From NCBI GenBank assembly GCA_965223705.1, contig OZ245015.1, positions 2,144,001-2,208,000 of the forward strand: a stretch of DNA of 64,000 nt, given 5' to 3'. The translations under genes were made by a program, and so were the position numbers. Source of the DNA: Myxococcota bacterium. GTDB lineage: Bacteria; Myxococcota_A; UBA9160; UBA6930. Below, in pieces: positions 28,849 to 39,400 of the stretch (its first letter is position 1; every line of letters starts with the position of its first letter). The notes beneath the pieces were generated by a model that did not search any database, was not told the origin of the DNA, and saw only the letters and a list, made by a program, of their open reading frames with translations.

Positions 28849-30227
28849 ATGAGCCGAGGCGATCACCGACTGCTCACGCTCGACCTGGGTGGGTCCCTCG
28901 CACCGCCCCTCTCGGCGCGTCACGGCGTGCGGCAAAGCGACTTGGCGCGGGACGCCCGGCGCCTTTCCAAAGTCTTCGATCGACTGTTGTCTGCAAAGGC
29001 GCCCTCGGGATTTGCGAAGCTTCCCGGCAGGCGGGCCGTACTCGAGGCGACGCTGCGGACCGCGGGAAGGTTTCGGAGACGCAAGTTTCGCGATTGGGTT
29101 CACGTCGGTATCGGCGGGTCGTCGCTCGGCGCCGAAGCGATCCTGCAAGCCCTCGGACATCCGCTGCACAACTTGATCGCGGGTCGCGACGGGGCGCCGC
29201 CCCGAGTGCACTTCGTCGACAACGTCGACCCCGAGCGACTCGGGGCGCTTCTCGAGTTTCTCGATCTGCGACGGACCGGTTTGCACGTTGTTTCGAAGTC
29301 CGGCGGCACGGCGGAGACGGCCGCGGTGTTCGACGCCCTACGTCAAGCCTTCGAGCGACACTCGGGCGCTTCCTGGTCCGAGCAGACCGTCTTGACGACG
29401 GGGCGGGGAGCACTCGCGCGACTCGCGGAAACAGAGCGCGTCGCCCGCCTGCCGTTTCCAGAGGATGTCGGCGGGCGATTCTCGGCGCTTTCCCCGAGCG
29501 GGCTTCTGACGCCTGCGGTTGCGGGTGTGCGCGTGCAGGACGTGGTCGCTGGAGCCCGTCGCTATCTCGGACAGCTGAGGCGCAGCGAGCCCACCGATCG
29601 CGCACCGGCAATCGCCGCGGCCGCCGCATATCGCATGGCGGAAGACAACGGAAAACCCGTACACGTGTTGATGCCGTACGGAGACCGCCTCGAAGCGTTG
29701 GCTCGTTGGTATGTCCAGCTCTTCGCGGAAAGCCTCGGCAAACGTTTGCCGGGACGACGCGTCGGCGTGGGACCGACGCCCGTTCCGGCGCGAGGAGCAC
29801 GGACCAACACGCGCAGGTGCAGCTGTTTATCGAGGGGCCGCGCGACAAGTGGGTGACGTTCGTGCATTGGGGACGGACGGGACGCGAACGCGGATTGAAG
29901 GGGTTTCCGCCCGCGGAGTTTCTCGCCGGTGTACCGATGGGCGAGCTCCTCGATGCATCGCGCAGAGGCACAGAGATCGCGTTGGCTCGCGCCAAACGCC
30001 CGACGGCGACCTGGAGCCTCCTCGGGAACGCCGAGAGCTTTGGCGCCTTCCTACTCGCTCTGGAACTCCAAGTCGTCTTCCAAGCCGAGTTCTACGGCAT
30101 CGATGCGTATGACCAGCCCGGCGTCGAGGCGGGGAAGGTCGCCGCGTACGCGCTCATCGGGCGCGAAGGCTACGAAGCGGAGAGAAAGCGGATCGACGAG
30201 GCAGCAGCCCCGCGTTGGTTGATTTAA
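28849..30227 (+). pseudogene. pgi: Glucose-6-phosphate isomerase, split by a 1-nt frameshift at about 29798 (pseudogene or sequence error)
   Basis: GIGGSSLG, SKSGGTAET, VGGRFS, QLFAESLGK in one frame; TDQHAQVQL and DQPGVEAGK in the other. Confidence 0.85.
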
Positions 30228-30262
30228 CGCGGGGCTGCGAACCTCATCGTCGAACGGTGTGG

Positions 30263-31318
30263 CTACTTGCCCCGAGCGCCCCGGAATTCCGCAGGCTCGA
30301 CACCCGTGCGCCGGATCACATCGTAGAAGTCCTTGCGGTCCTTCTTGGCCAGGCGCGCAGCCCGGCTGATGTTCCCGCCGCACCGACGTAGCAGTCCGGT
30401 CACGTAGCGCGTCTCGAAGGCGCGCTTCGCCTCCTTGAACGACGGTACCTGATCCGCATCGGCGGCGAGCATCAACGCCTCGGCCGTGATGGCACCACCG
30501 CCCGCCAGCCGCACCGCCTGGCGCACCCGCTCGCGAAGCTCGAGCTGATCGCCCGTCCACGGTTCCGTCAACAAGCACGCTCGCGCGTCGGCGGTGAAAC
30601 CCACCGGCCGAAAGCCCGCTTCTTCGGCGAAAACGGCGAGGTAGTGCGCTGCGAGCGGCAGGACATCTTCCGTCCTCTCGGCGAGCGGCGCGATTCGGAT
30701 CGTGTGGTGGGGGGTTGATCCGAACAAGCTCGCGTCCGAGCCCGTGTCGATGGTGGCGATCAGCCGACCCGACAACGGTCGCGGCGCATTCGCACCCTCG
30801 CGCCTGTAGACGCCTTCCGCGGCCGCTTTCGCGAGACTCGCACGCGCCGACGGTGTCAGCCCTTCACTGCGTTCCAGAAGTAGCGTTCCGTTTCCGACTC
30901 GGTCGAGACAACCCGCATACTCTCCCGGCACCGCGGGGTAAACCCCCTCGGCGCAACCGAAGAGTTCCCGTCCTTGCAGGGCCTCCGGAATGGATACGCA
31001 TGAAAGATGCTCGAACGGGCGGTTCGCACGCCGACCCCATTCGTGGACAGCCCGGGCCGTTCCCTGCTTGTCACTGCCGGGAGGACCCATCAGCAAGATC
31101 GGCAAATCCGATCGCGCCGCCGCTGTCGCTTGTTCAATTAGATCGCGGGTCGCTTGGCTCGCACCGATAATTCGATCTTCGCGACGCCGACCCGTCGGCG
31201 CCGGACTCGAAGCTCGTGCGTCGGTGCTAGCTTCCCCCACGTGGGTTCCGCGGCCGCTCTCGGTGAGTGCCCCGGTTCCTCCTTGAGAACTCGTCCCCGT
31301 CATCGCCCTGCTCGCCAT
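30263..31318 (-). CDS. Sigma54-activator-like AAA+/HTH regulator with degenerate motifs and no sensory domain
   Basis: IIGAS, ELFG, WTGDQLELRE, C-terminal GNISRAARLA HTH; GAFTGA and Walker motifs altered. Confidence 0.8.
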   Translation of the reverse strand: MASRAMTGTSSQGGTGALTESGRGTHVGEASTDARASSPAPTGRRREDRIIGASQATRDLIEQATAAARSDLPILLMGPPGSDKQGTARAVHEWGRRANRPFEHLSCVSIPEALQGRELFGCAEGVYPAVPGEYAGCLDRVGNGTLLLERSEGLTPSARASLAKAAAEGVYRREGANAPRPLSGRLIATIDTGSDASLFGSTPHHTIRIAPLAERTEDVLPLAAHYLAVFAEEAGFRPVGFTADARACLLTEPWTGDQLELRERVRQAVRLAGGGAITAEALMLAADADQVPSFKEAKRAFETRYVTGLLRRCGGNISRAARLAKKDRKDFYDVIRRTGVEPAEFRGARGK

Positions 31319-31340
31319 GCTCCCCCCCTCGTGCACAAGG

Positions 31341-31375
31341 CAATAGAACTATTGAGAATTCAGGCACATTGTCAA
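31341..31375 (-). promoter_or_regulatory. Sigma70-like promoter (TTGACA) with palindromic operator CAATAG-N2-CTATTG over the -10 region
   Basis: TTGACA at 31375-31370 on minus strand; perfect 6-bp inverted repeat at 31341-31354. Confidence 0.5.
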
Positions 31376-31459
31376 CGGACTTGCGAGTGGGCGACGGCCC
31401 ATGCGGCGATCTGTGAGGTTCTTCGCACCGAGCTATGCCACTAGAGAGGACGGAACGCT

Positions 31460-33301
31460 GTGGCTAAGTCACCTCGAAATAAGGCTTTTTCGGCTGATTC
31501 CTCGGGGAAAGCCGCACCTCGAATCGCGCCGCTTCCCCCCCAGCTAATCGACCAAATCGCGGCGGGCGAGGTCGTCGAGCGACCGGCGTCCGTCGTGAAG
31601 GAGCTCGTAGAGAACGCCCTCGACGCGGAGGCGACCCGGATCGCGGTCACGATTCGCGACGGTGGCAAGGCGTTGATCGCTGTCTCCGACGACGGCATCG
31701 GAATGAGCGCAGCAGAAGTTGCGCTCGCGCTCGAACGCCACGCCACGAGCAAGATTCGCGTTTCAAGCGATCTGCAACGCATTACAACGTGTGGTTTCCG
31801 GGGCGAGGCTCTGCCCGCGATCGCCTCCGTTTCCGAGCTGCGGTTGGAAAGCCGAGCGCGCGGCACGCGCGAGGGAGCCGAGGTCCGCGTGTCCTTCGGC
31901 GAGCGCGGTCCGCTCGCGGTTTCCGGCTGCACCGAGGGAACACGGGTCGAAGTCGCGCAGCTGTTCGGTGCTGTTCCCGCCCGCCGGAAGTTTCTGAAAA
32001 GCAGCACGACCGAATGGGGACATATCGCGGATGTCCTCCAGCGGGTCGCGCTCTCGCGGCCGAACGTCCACTTCGACGTCGTTCGCGACGGTCGGCCCGT
32101 GTACCAGTGGCCGATGGCCCACGACGCAGCAGACCGCGTCGCCGTCGTCCTGAACGAGCGGGATGCTGCGGCGCTCGTTCCCGTCGCGTCGGAACTGGGA
32201 GCCTACGGCGTGCGCGGCTATGCCTCGCGTCCCGACGTGCACCGGGGGACGGCGGCGGGGGTGCACTGTTTCGTCAACGGCCGTCCCGTGCGGGACCGTG
32301 TCCTGCGCAGCGCGGTGGTCAGCGCGTACCGAGACTGGTTGCCGCGGGGTCGCTACCCCACCGTCGTTCTGTACTTCGACGTCCCGACGGACATGGTCGA
32401 CGTGAACGTGCACCCGGCGAAATCCGAGGTTCGCTTCGCCGATCCGCAGTCGATCCATCGCCTGACCCGCACGGCGCTGCGGGACGCGGTGGCGCGCCGA
32501 TCCTGGTTCCGGGAACCGAGCCCGGACGCGCGCCCTGAAGCGTCGCTGGGGAGTGAGCGCGCCGGGACATCCCCGCCCACCGGAGCGGCTCGCCGGATCC
32601 CCGAGGAGCGCGGCGGCGAAGCGCAGAGCGACGCGGCGGCGAGCGATTGGCTTTTTGCCGATCGGATTTCCGAGGCGCCGAGCGAGACACCCGACGCCCC
32701 GGTGCGCTTCGGCGAGTTGCGCTGCCTCGGCCAAGTGATGAGCACGTATCTGGTGCTGGAAGAGAAGGGTGCGCTGTTCCTGGTCGATCAGCACGCCGCG
32801 CACGAGCGCGTTCTGTACGAACGTCTGCGGGGCGGCTGGCTCGAGCGCGGCGTACCGCGACAGACGCTCCTGCTCTCGGTGCAGGTCGAGCTCGAACCGC
32901 CCGTCCTCGCTGCGATGGAAGATCAAGCGAGCGCGATCGAGCGACTCGGTTTCGAGATCGAGCGCTTCGGTGAAAGCGGCGTTCTGGTGCGCGCGATTCC
33001 GGCGGTCTTGGCGGATCGCGATCCCGCGCGCCTCGTCCGGCGGTTGGGCGAAGCATTGGTGGTCGGGTTGGACGCCGGCGAGTTCGCTCTCTTACGCGCG
33101 CTCGATCCGCTCGATCGGCTGGCCGCGACGGTCGCGTGCCACGGTGCGACCCGGGCAGGCGATCCGTTGGCGCCGATGGAGCAGGAAGCCCTGTTGCGAG
33201 AACTCGACGAGATTCCGTGGGCTCCGACGTGTCCCCACGGCCGGCCGGTCGCCGTGCCGATTTCCCAGGCCGAGATCGAAGGGCGCTTCGGACGGCGCTA
33301 G
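31460..33301 (+). CDS. mutL: DNA mismatch repair endonuclease MutL
   Basis: IAAGEVVERPASVVKELVENALDA, GFRGEAL, VDVNVHPAK, DQHAAHER, CPHGRP. Confidence 0.98.
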   Translation: MAKSPRNKAFSADSSGKAAPRIAPLPPQLIDQIAAGEVVERPASVVKELVENALDAEATRIAVTIRDGGKALIAVSDDGIGMSAAEVALALERHATSKIRVSSDLQRITTCGFRGEALPAIASVSELRLESRARGTREGAEVRVSFGERGPLAVSGCTEGTRVEVAQLFGAVPARRKFLKSSTTEWGHIADVLQRVALSRPNVHFDVVRDGRPVYQWPMAHDAADRVAVVLNERDAAALVPVASELGAYGVRGYASRPDVHRGTAAGVHCFVNGRPVRDRVLRSAVVSAYRDWLPRGRYPTVVLYFDVPTDMVDVNVHPAKSEVRFADPQSIHRLTRTALRDAVARRSWFREPSPDARPEASLGSERAGTSPPTGAARRIPEERGGEAQSDAAASDWLFADRISEAPSETPDAPVRFGELRCLGQVMSTYLVLEEKGALFLVDQHAAHERVLYERLRGGWLERGVPRQTLLLSVQVELEPPVLAAMEDQASAIERLGFEIERFGESGVLVRAIPAVLADRDPARLVRRLGEALVVGLDAGEFALLRALDPLDRLAATVACHGATRAGDPLAPMEQEALLRELDEIPWAPTCPHGRPVAVPISQAEIEGRFGRR

Positions 33302-33310
33302 CGTTTCGGT

Positions 33311-34258
33311 ATGGCGGAAACGCTCACCCCGCAGATCCCGGTCGTCGTCGTCGCTGGACCGACGGCCGCCGGCAAAACCGATCTCGCGATTTCTCTGGCC
33401 GAGGAGTTCGGCGGCGAGATCGTGAACGCGGACTCGATGCAGGTGTACCGCTATCTCGACATCGGCACCGCGAAGCCGAGCACGGCTCAGCGCGCGCGCG
33501 TTTCACATCATCTCCTCGACTACGTCGCGCCCGACGACGCCTTCAACGCCGGACGCTACGCCCGCGAGGCGGCGCGCGTGGTCGGCGAGGTCCACGCCCG
33601 CGGCGCACACGTGTTTCTGACGGGCGGCACCGGACTCTACATTCGAGCGTTCCTCGAGGGGCTCCTCGAGAGCCCGGGGAAGGACGACGCGTTCCGCGCG
33701 CGACTCGAACGCGAGCACCGCGAAGCGGTGGCCGAGGGAGATCCCGAGCTTCTCCACCGTCGGCTCGCCACCGTCGACCGACAAGCAGCGCTGCGCATCC
33801 ACCCGCACGACGTCTACCGAACCATGCGCGCCCTCGAACTGCACCACACGACCGGTGCGCCCGCTTCGCTCTTGCGAGAGCGGCACCCGTCCGGTCGCGG
33901 GCGCTACCGGGTGCTGTATCTGGTGGTCGATCGCGAACGGGAAGTGCTCGCGGAACGGATCGAGAAGCGCTGCGACGCGATGATCGAGCGCGGCTTGCTG
34001 CGAGAGGTCCGCGAGCTCCGCGATCGTGGCTACGGGCCCGAACTCCCGTGTATGCGCGCGATCGGTTATCGCCACATGCAGCCGGTCCTCGACGGCCAGG
34101 AAACGCTGGCCGGCGTCCGAACCGCGATGGTGCGCGACACGAAACAATACGCGCGGCGACAGCGGACCTGGTTTCGACGGGTCGACGGAGCGGTCTGGAT
34201 CGGAACCGAGCAGACGCGTGGCGTCCGCGACCGCGTGGCAGCCTTTCTCGCGGCCTGA
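33311..34258 (+). CDS. miaA: tRNA dimethylallyltransferase
   Basis: GPTAAGKT, DSMQVY, IGTAKP, GGTGLY, YARRQRTWF. Confidence 0.98.
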   Translation: MAETLTPQIPVVVVAGPTAAGKTDLAISLAEEFGGEIVNADSMQVYRYLDIGTAKPSTAQRARVSHHLLDYVAPDDAFNAGRYAREAARVVGEVHARGAHVFLTGGTGLYIRAFLEGLLESPGKDDAFRARLEREHREAVAEGDPELLHRRLATVDRQAALRIHPHDVYRTMRALELHHTTGAPASLLRERHPSGRGRYRVLYLVVDREREVLAERIEKRCDAMIERGLLREVRELRDRGYGPELPCMRAIGYRHMQPVLDGQETLAGVRTAMVRDTKQYARRQRTWFRRVDGAVWIGTEQTRGVRDRVAAFLAA

Positions 34259-35637
34259 TGCGAAACGAACCGACGTCCTTCCGAGCGCCGATCGTCGCGA
34301 TCGTCGGCCGACCCAACGTGGGTAAGTCGACGCTGTTCAACCGCTACGCGGGCGCGCCGCGCGCCCTCGTCGCGGATCGACCCGGAATCACACGCGATCG
34401 CATCGCGGCGGAAGTCGAAGTCGCTTCGCGGCGCGTCCTGCTCGTCGACACGGCCGGGCTCGACGCCGACGCCGACACCGCGATCGGGCGAGCCGTACAA
34501 CAGCAGGCGCGCTCCGCCGTAGATGAGGCGGACGCGATCCTGTTCGTTGTTGACGGGCAGTCGGGCCTCAACCCGGATGACCGCACGATTGCCGAAGAAC
34601 TCCGACGTACGTCGAAGCCCCTCGCTGTGGCGGTCAACAAAGTCGATGCGCCCGTCCACGAAGACCGTGTGCTCGATTTCTACCAGCTCGGTTTGGAACC
34701 CCTCGCCGCGGTCTCCGCGGAGCACGGACGCGGCGCGTGGGATCTGCTGGAAGATCTGTGTTCCCGTCTGCCCGAAGAAGTCGAAGAGGACGAGCACGTC
34801 GAGCAGGCGATCCGTGTCGCCATCGTCGGGCGGCCGAACGCGGGGAAGAGCTCCCTTACGAATTGCCTCGCCGGCCACGAGCGCGTCGCCGTCTCGGAAG
34901 AAGCCGGCACCACGCGCGACGCGGTAGACGTTCTGGTCGAGCGAGGTGGGCGTCGCTTTTTGTTCGTCGACACCGCAGGCCTCAGGCGACCGGGGCGGCG
35001 AGATCGCGAAGTCGAGCGGGGGAGTGCGGTGATGACCCTGCGCTCGCTCGCCCGGGCCCACGTCGCGCTCGTCTTGTTCGATGCGGCCGCCGGAATCACC
35101 GACCAAGACGTGCGCGTCCTGGGTTTGGCGAGAGAACGCGGCTGTGCGGTCGGGCTCTTGCTGAACAAGTGGGACCTCGTCGCCGAAGCGACGGATCGCG
35201 AGAAAGGACGAATCGCGGACGAACTCGATCGTCGGCTTCGTCCTTTTGGCGAGCATCCGACGCTGCGGGTTTCCGCGCTGACGGGGAAGGGGGTCCGGCG
35301 GATCTGGCCGATGATCGAAGAGCTCGCTGCGTCCGCCTCGCGGCGCATTCCCACGGCGGAGCTCAACCGGTGGCTCGCCGACTGCGTGAGTCGCCACGAG
35401 CCTGCGATGGCGCAGCGGGGCTCGAGACGTCGACCTCTCAAGTTCTTCTACGCGACGCAGGTGGGTATCCACCCGCCTCGTATCGCGCTCTTCTGTACCG
35501 AACCCGAGGCGGTCAAGGACAGCTACGTGCGCTTCCTCGAGAACCGGTTTCGCGAGGATTTCGGCCTCACTGGAGTACCGATTCGGCTGCGGCTTCGCGC
35601 TCGGCGCGCCGATAAGGAGCCGGACGCGCGGATTTGA
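34258..35637 (+). CDS. der: Ribosome biogenesis GTPase Der
   Basis: Two G domains (GRPNVGKS, GRPNAGKS; DTAG; NKVD/NKWD) plus KH-like tail. Confidence 0.97.
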   Translation: MRNEPTSFRAPIVAIVGRPNVGKSTLFNRYAGAPRALVADRPGITRDRIAAEVEVASRRVLLVDTAGLDADADTAIGRAVQQQARSAVDEADAILFVVDGQSGLNPDDRTIAEELRRTSKPLAVAVNKVDAPVHEDRVLDFYQLGLEPLAAVSAEHGRGAWDLLEDLCSRLPEEVEEDEHVEQAIRVAIVGRPNAGKSSLTNCLAGHERVAVSEEAGTTRDAVDVLVERGGRRFLFVDTAGLRRPGRRDREVERGSAVMTLRSLARAHVALVLFDAAAGITDQDVRVLGLARERGCAVGLLLNKWDLVAEATDREKGRIADELDRRLRPFGEHPTLRVSALTGKGVRRIWPMIEELAASASRRIPTAELNRWLADCVSRHEPAMAQRGSRRRPLKFFYATQVGIHPPRIALFCTEPEAVKDSYVRFLENRFREDFGLTGVPIRLRLRARRADKEPDARI

Positions 35638-35685
35638 CTCTGCTGGTTACACTCTGCGCGCGTTTGGCTTAGTGGAGGTCAGGGT

Positions 35686-36459
35686 TTGGCGAAGAAGCGG
35701 AACGAATCGGCGCCGGCGTCGGAGACGCTCGAAGAGATCGAATCCGTCTTCGATCGCGTGGCGAACTGGGTGAGTTCCAACCCAATCATGTTTCTGCTGG
35801 CGATCGGTGGCGTGTTGGCCGTTGCGGCGGGCTACGGGTTCTTTGAGCAGAGCCGCCACAGTCGGGCACTCGAAGCTTCCGAGGCTGTGGCGAGCGCGCA
35901 GCACGATTATTTTCAGGCGAGTGGCTCTGCGCCCGGAGCTTTCGTTGAGACGGAGCCTGCCAACCCCGAGGCTGCGAAAGAGCTTCGCGAGCGATACCTC
36001 GAGCAGTTTCTCGCGCTGGCTGAGGAACACTCCGGTTCGATTGCCGGAATGCAAGCCGGGTTCGAGGCCGCCGACATCGCCGCGAGGCTCGAAGGGCCCG
36101 AGGCAGCGCTCGAGCTGCTGCGAAAAGCACGGGCCGAGGTGCCCCGCGGTTCTGCGTTCGAGGGCGTCGCCGCTCTTCGCATTGCGACGGCCCTGGAATC
36201 ACTCGGTCGTTGGAAAGAGGCGGGCGATATGTACGCCGAAGCCGCCGACGTTCCGGGCTTTCCCGGGCGCGCCCACGCCTTGGCCGAGGCCGCGCGCTGC
36301 ATGCTCGAAGCCGGGGACGAGCCGGGCGCTCGCGCCCTGTACTCGACCCTCGGTGCGGAGGCACCGGATCATCCGTTGGCACCATACATCCAGGCGCGCT
36401 TGGATCGCCTCGTAGAGCCCATGGATACCGCTTCGCAGGAGGCGGAAGTCATCGAGTAG
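35686..36459 (+). CDS. YfgM-like membrane-anchored TPR protein
   Basis: Single N-terminal TM followed by helical TPR-like repeats; adjacent to der. Confidence 0.6.
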   Translation: MAKKRNESAPASETLEEIESVFDRVANWVSSNPIMFLLAIGGVLAVAAGYGFFEQSRHSRALEASEAVASAQHDYFQASGSAPGAFVETEPANPEAAKELRERYLEQFLALAEEHSGSIAGMQAGFEAADIAARLEGPEAALELLRKARAEVPRGSAFEGVAALRIATALESLGRWKEAGDMYAEAADVPGFPGRAHALAEAARCMLEAGDEPGARALYSTLGAEAPDHPLAPYIQARLDRLVEPMDTASQEAEVIE

Positions 36460-36464
36460 ACGCG

Positions 36465-39400
36465 CTACGGCGTGCCGACGACGACCAGCTCGACGCTACG
36501 CGCGCTGCCCGACGCGCCCGTTCCACCGATCCCGCCGTACGGCACCGCGCGAAGGCGGTACCGGCCTGGACCGAGCGACAAAATCTGGTATTCGCCGTCA
36601 CGATCGCCGGCGGCGGCAAACGGCGCCGCGTTTTCGACCCGGAAGGATGTCTGCGAGCCCAGCTCGAAGCGAACGCTCGCCACACCCGCGGTCGTATCCG
36701 CGCGCACGTTCATACAGTTCCCGATGCGCCCGAGGTCGATGGTCTCACGCGACCCCAACGCGTACAGATCTCGGTCGAGGCAGGCGTCGACGAGCACGAG
36801 TTGTGTGACCGCCAGGCCGTCAGCAACGGTCGCCGGAGGGGGAGCCGCCACCGGCGGTGGCGATGCGCTCGGGGAAGCGAAGTTCGCCGCGTCGCGGTTC
36901 CTGACGATCGCGACCCAGTCGAGATGCCCCGAATGCGGAGGTTGTCCCAGATCTCGCCGACCGCCGCCTTCGACCGAGCCGATCGATCCCGTCGCCAGTG
37001 CGCCGCCATTGCGCGGGTTGTACCAGCGAACGTCGAACGTGCCGCTGTAGCCCGAGAGATTGAGGAGCGTTGCGCCACCCCGCGGCCGGTAGATCGCATA
37101 GACCTCGCCGGGATTCGCAAAGACGTAGTCGTCGCCGGAGGGCGTCAGGGAATCCGCGTGGGTCATGCGCCAGAACGGAAGTTCGCGCTGGAAGAACTCG
37201 AGCGCGTACCGCGTCTGCTGCCACATGTTGCGTCGGCTCCGGAAGTCTTCCGCGTCGACGTCGCCATGTTCGTGGTCGTACCCGAAGTACCACTCGACGC
37301 CGGCGCCGCCGGCCATGAACGTCCCCCAGAGTGCGCGATGTCGGACCGCGTCGTGGAGCGGGTCCACGCGATCTGGAACGACGCCGAGGTTGGCCGGACC
37401 CACCTCGTCGACCGAGACCACCCAGCGATGTGCGGAGCCTCGCGAGCGATCGACCCAGCGGGTGACCGTTCGATGGACTTCGTCGCGGTGTGCCTGGATG
37501 GACGGGCCGGCCACGGTCGACAGGCCCAGGAGTCGGCCGTAGATCGCGTCGCGCTGGAAGGGATAGGTGTGCACGACCGTCGGGTGGTCATACGGGTCGA
37601 CCGTGCGGAAGTAGTTCGCGAAAGCGACGCGTTGATCGTGCGTGTTGGTGTTTTCTTCGCCGAGATTCCAGATGACGCCCAGATGGTGGCCGAACCGCGC
37701 GATCAATTCGCGGTAGTAGATCCGCCGCTCGGCGCCGAGGTTCCCGCCATCGAGTAGTTGGTCGTTCTCCTGTTCCTGCGTAACGACATGCATCGCCAGC
37801 CCGAGCCGATCCATGTGCTCGAACACGATCTCCCATTGATCGAGTTTGCTCGCGTCGTAGCGATCGCGCCGGTTCTCGGCGATCCACGGGTGAAGGTCGT
37901 TCCCGTCACCATTGACGTTCATGGTGAGGAAGTAGACGGAGTTCATCCCCTCGGCGGCGAGATAGTTGAGGGCTCCGATGATTCCTCGGCCCTTGTTTCC
38001 CTGCCAAAGCGGATCGCCGCTACGCCAGTCTCTGACGTGCGGGTTGAAGCGATGCAAACCGTTCGTGAGCCGCGCGCTGCGGCCCCCTCGATCGCGGGTG
38101 TTGTCGAACTCGAAGTAGGCGAGAAGGTTTTCGGGCGAGCCGGCGCCGCCTTTGAGGAAATACTCGCCGGTTTCGCCGAAGCGGTAGTAACCGTCTCGCG
38201 TGTCGGTGAGGCGACCGGTCGCGTAAAAACCCGGCGCCGAGGCGTCGGCTTCGCCGACGTGGAAGCGTCCCGTTGCGCCATGGAAGCTCGTGGGAGCACC
38301 GTTTCCCGACACCGCGACGTTCGAGCCGGTCCGGAAGTCAGCGCGGTACGTGAACGGGCCGGAAACGGGCGGGGCCAAGTGGGCGCGCCAAACCTGCCCA
38401 CGCGACGCGGACGTGTGTGCCGCGTTCCCGTCGGCCGCGAAATACCCGGGCACCACCCACCGTCGGCCGCTCGCCTCATGGGTGAACGTGACGTCGAGGC
38501 GGTAGTCCCGGAAGGGGTTGGGCGACGACAGCTCGTCGACCTCGGGTCCCGCGAAGGAAACGGTGACCTTGTGCCACTTCCGGAGTTCGCCGCTCACTTG
38601 GCCGCTTGCTGCGGCAGGTGCTGGTCTCGGTTCCGGAGCGGGCGCTGGCGGCACGGAGGGCGTGGGGGGAGGCGGCGGCGCCGGCGGTCCCGCAGGCGGC
38701 GGCGCAGGCGGTCCCGCAGCGACCGAGCCGCGCACCGTAATTTGCGCGGTCAGCGGCGTGCCGCTTTGACCTTGGCCGTTTGGCCTATTGAAGGGCGTCG
38801 CGCGTACCCGGTACGTGCCGGAGCGCGCTCCCCAGGCGAAAAAGTTGCCCGCGGAATCACCGGCGAGGGCGTACGGAGCGACGTTCTCCACGCGGACCGA
38901 CGGGTCGGGGCCTTCGATTTCGAACCGAACGCTCGCGACGTCTGCCGTCGCGTCGGCGCGGATGCTGATACACCGCGATGTGTCGAGGGTGTCCCTCGAC
39001 GCGAGCACGCGAAGGTCGGTCGAGGATCCGCAGGCGTTGACGAGAACGAATCGCAGGATCCGCGCACCGATGGTGGGGGTCGGTGGGCTCGGTCTCGGCG
39101 TGGGCACAACGGGAGCGGGTTGGGTCGGCGGTGGCGGCGTGGATGCTGGGGGGCGCACGGTGATTTGACGGACGAGGCCGGCTCCCGCGCGCCCCGTGCC
39201 ATTCGGGCCCATGAACGGAACGGCCGTGATGCGGTACGTCCCCGGGCGGACCCCCCATTCAAAGTAGTCGCCGCCCGAATCACCGGCGAAGGCAAAGGGC
39301 GCGACGTTCTCGATACGAATCGACGGGTCCGGTCCTTCGATTTCGAAACGCACGCTGTCGACGGAACCGGCAACGTCTGCGCGCACGTTCATGCAATCGG

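Noticed and set aside
33136..34257. Long N-terminal extensions on Der, and likewise QueA, DegT, GlpD-like and the second GT2
   Set aside because: Off-frame overlaps with upstream genes; true starts overlap the upstream stop codons.
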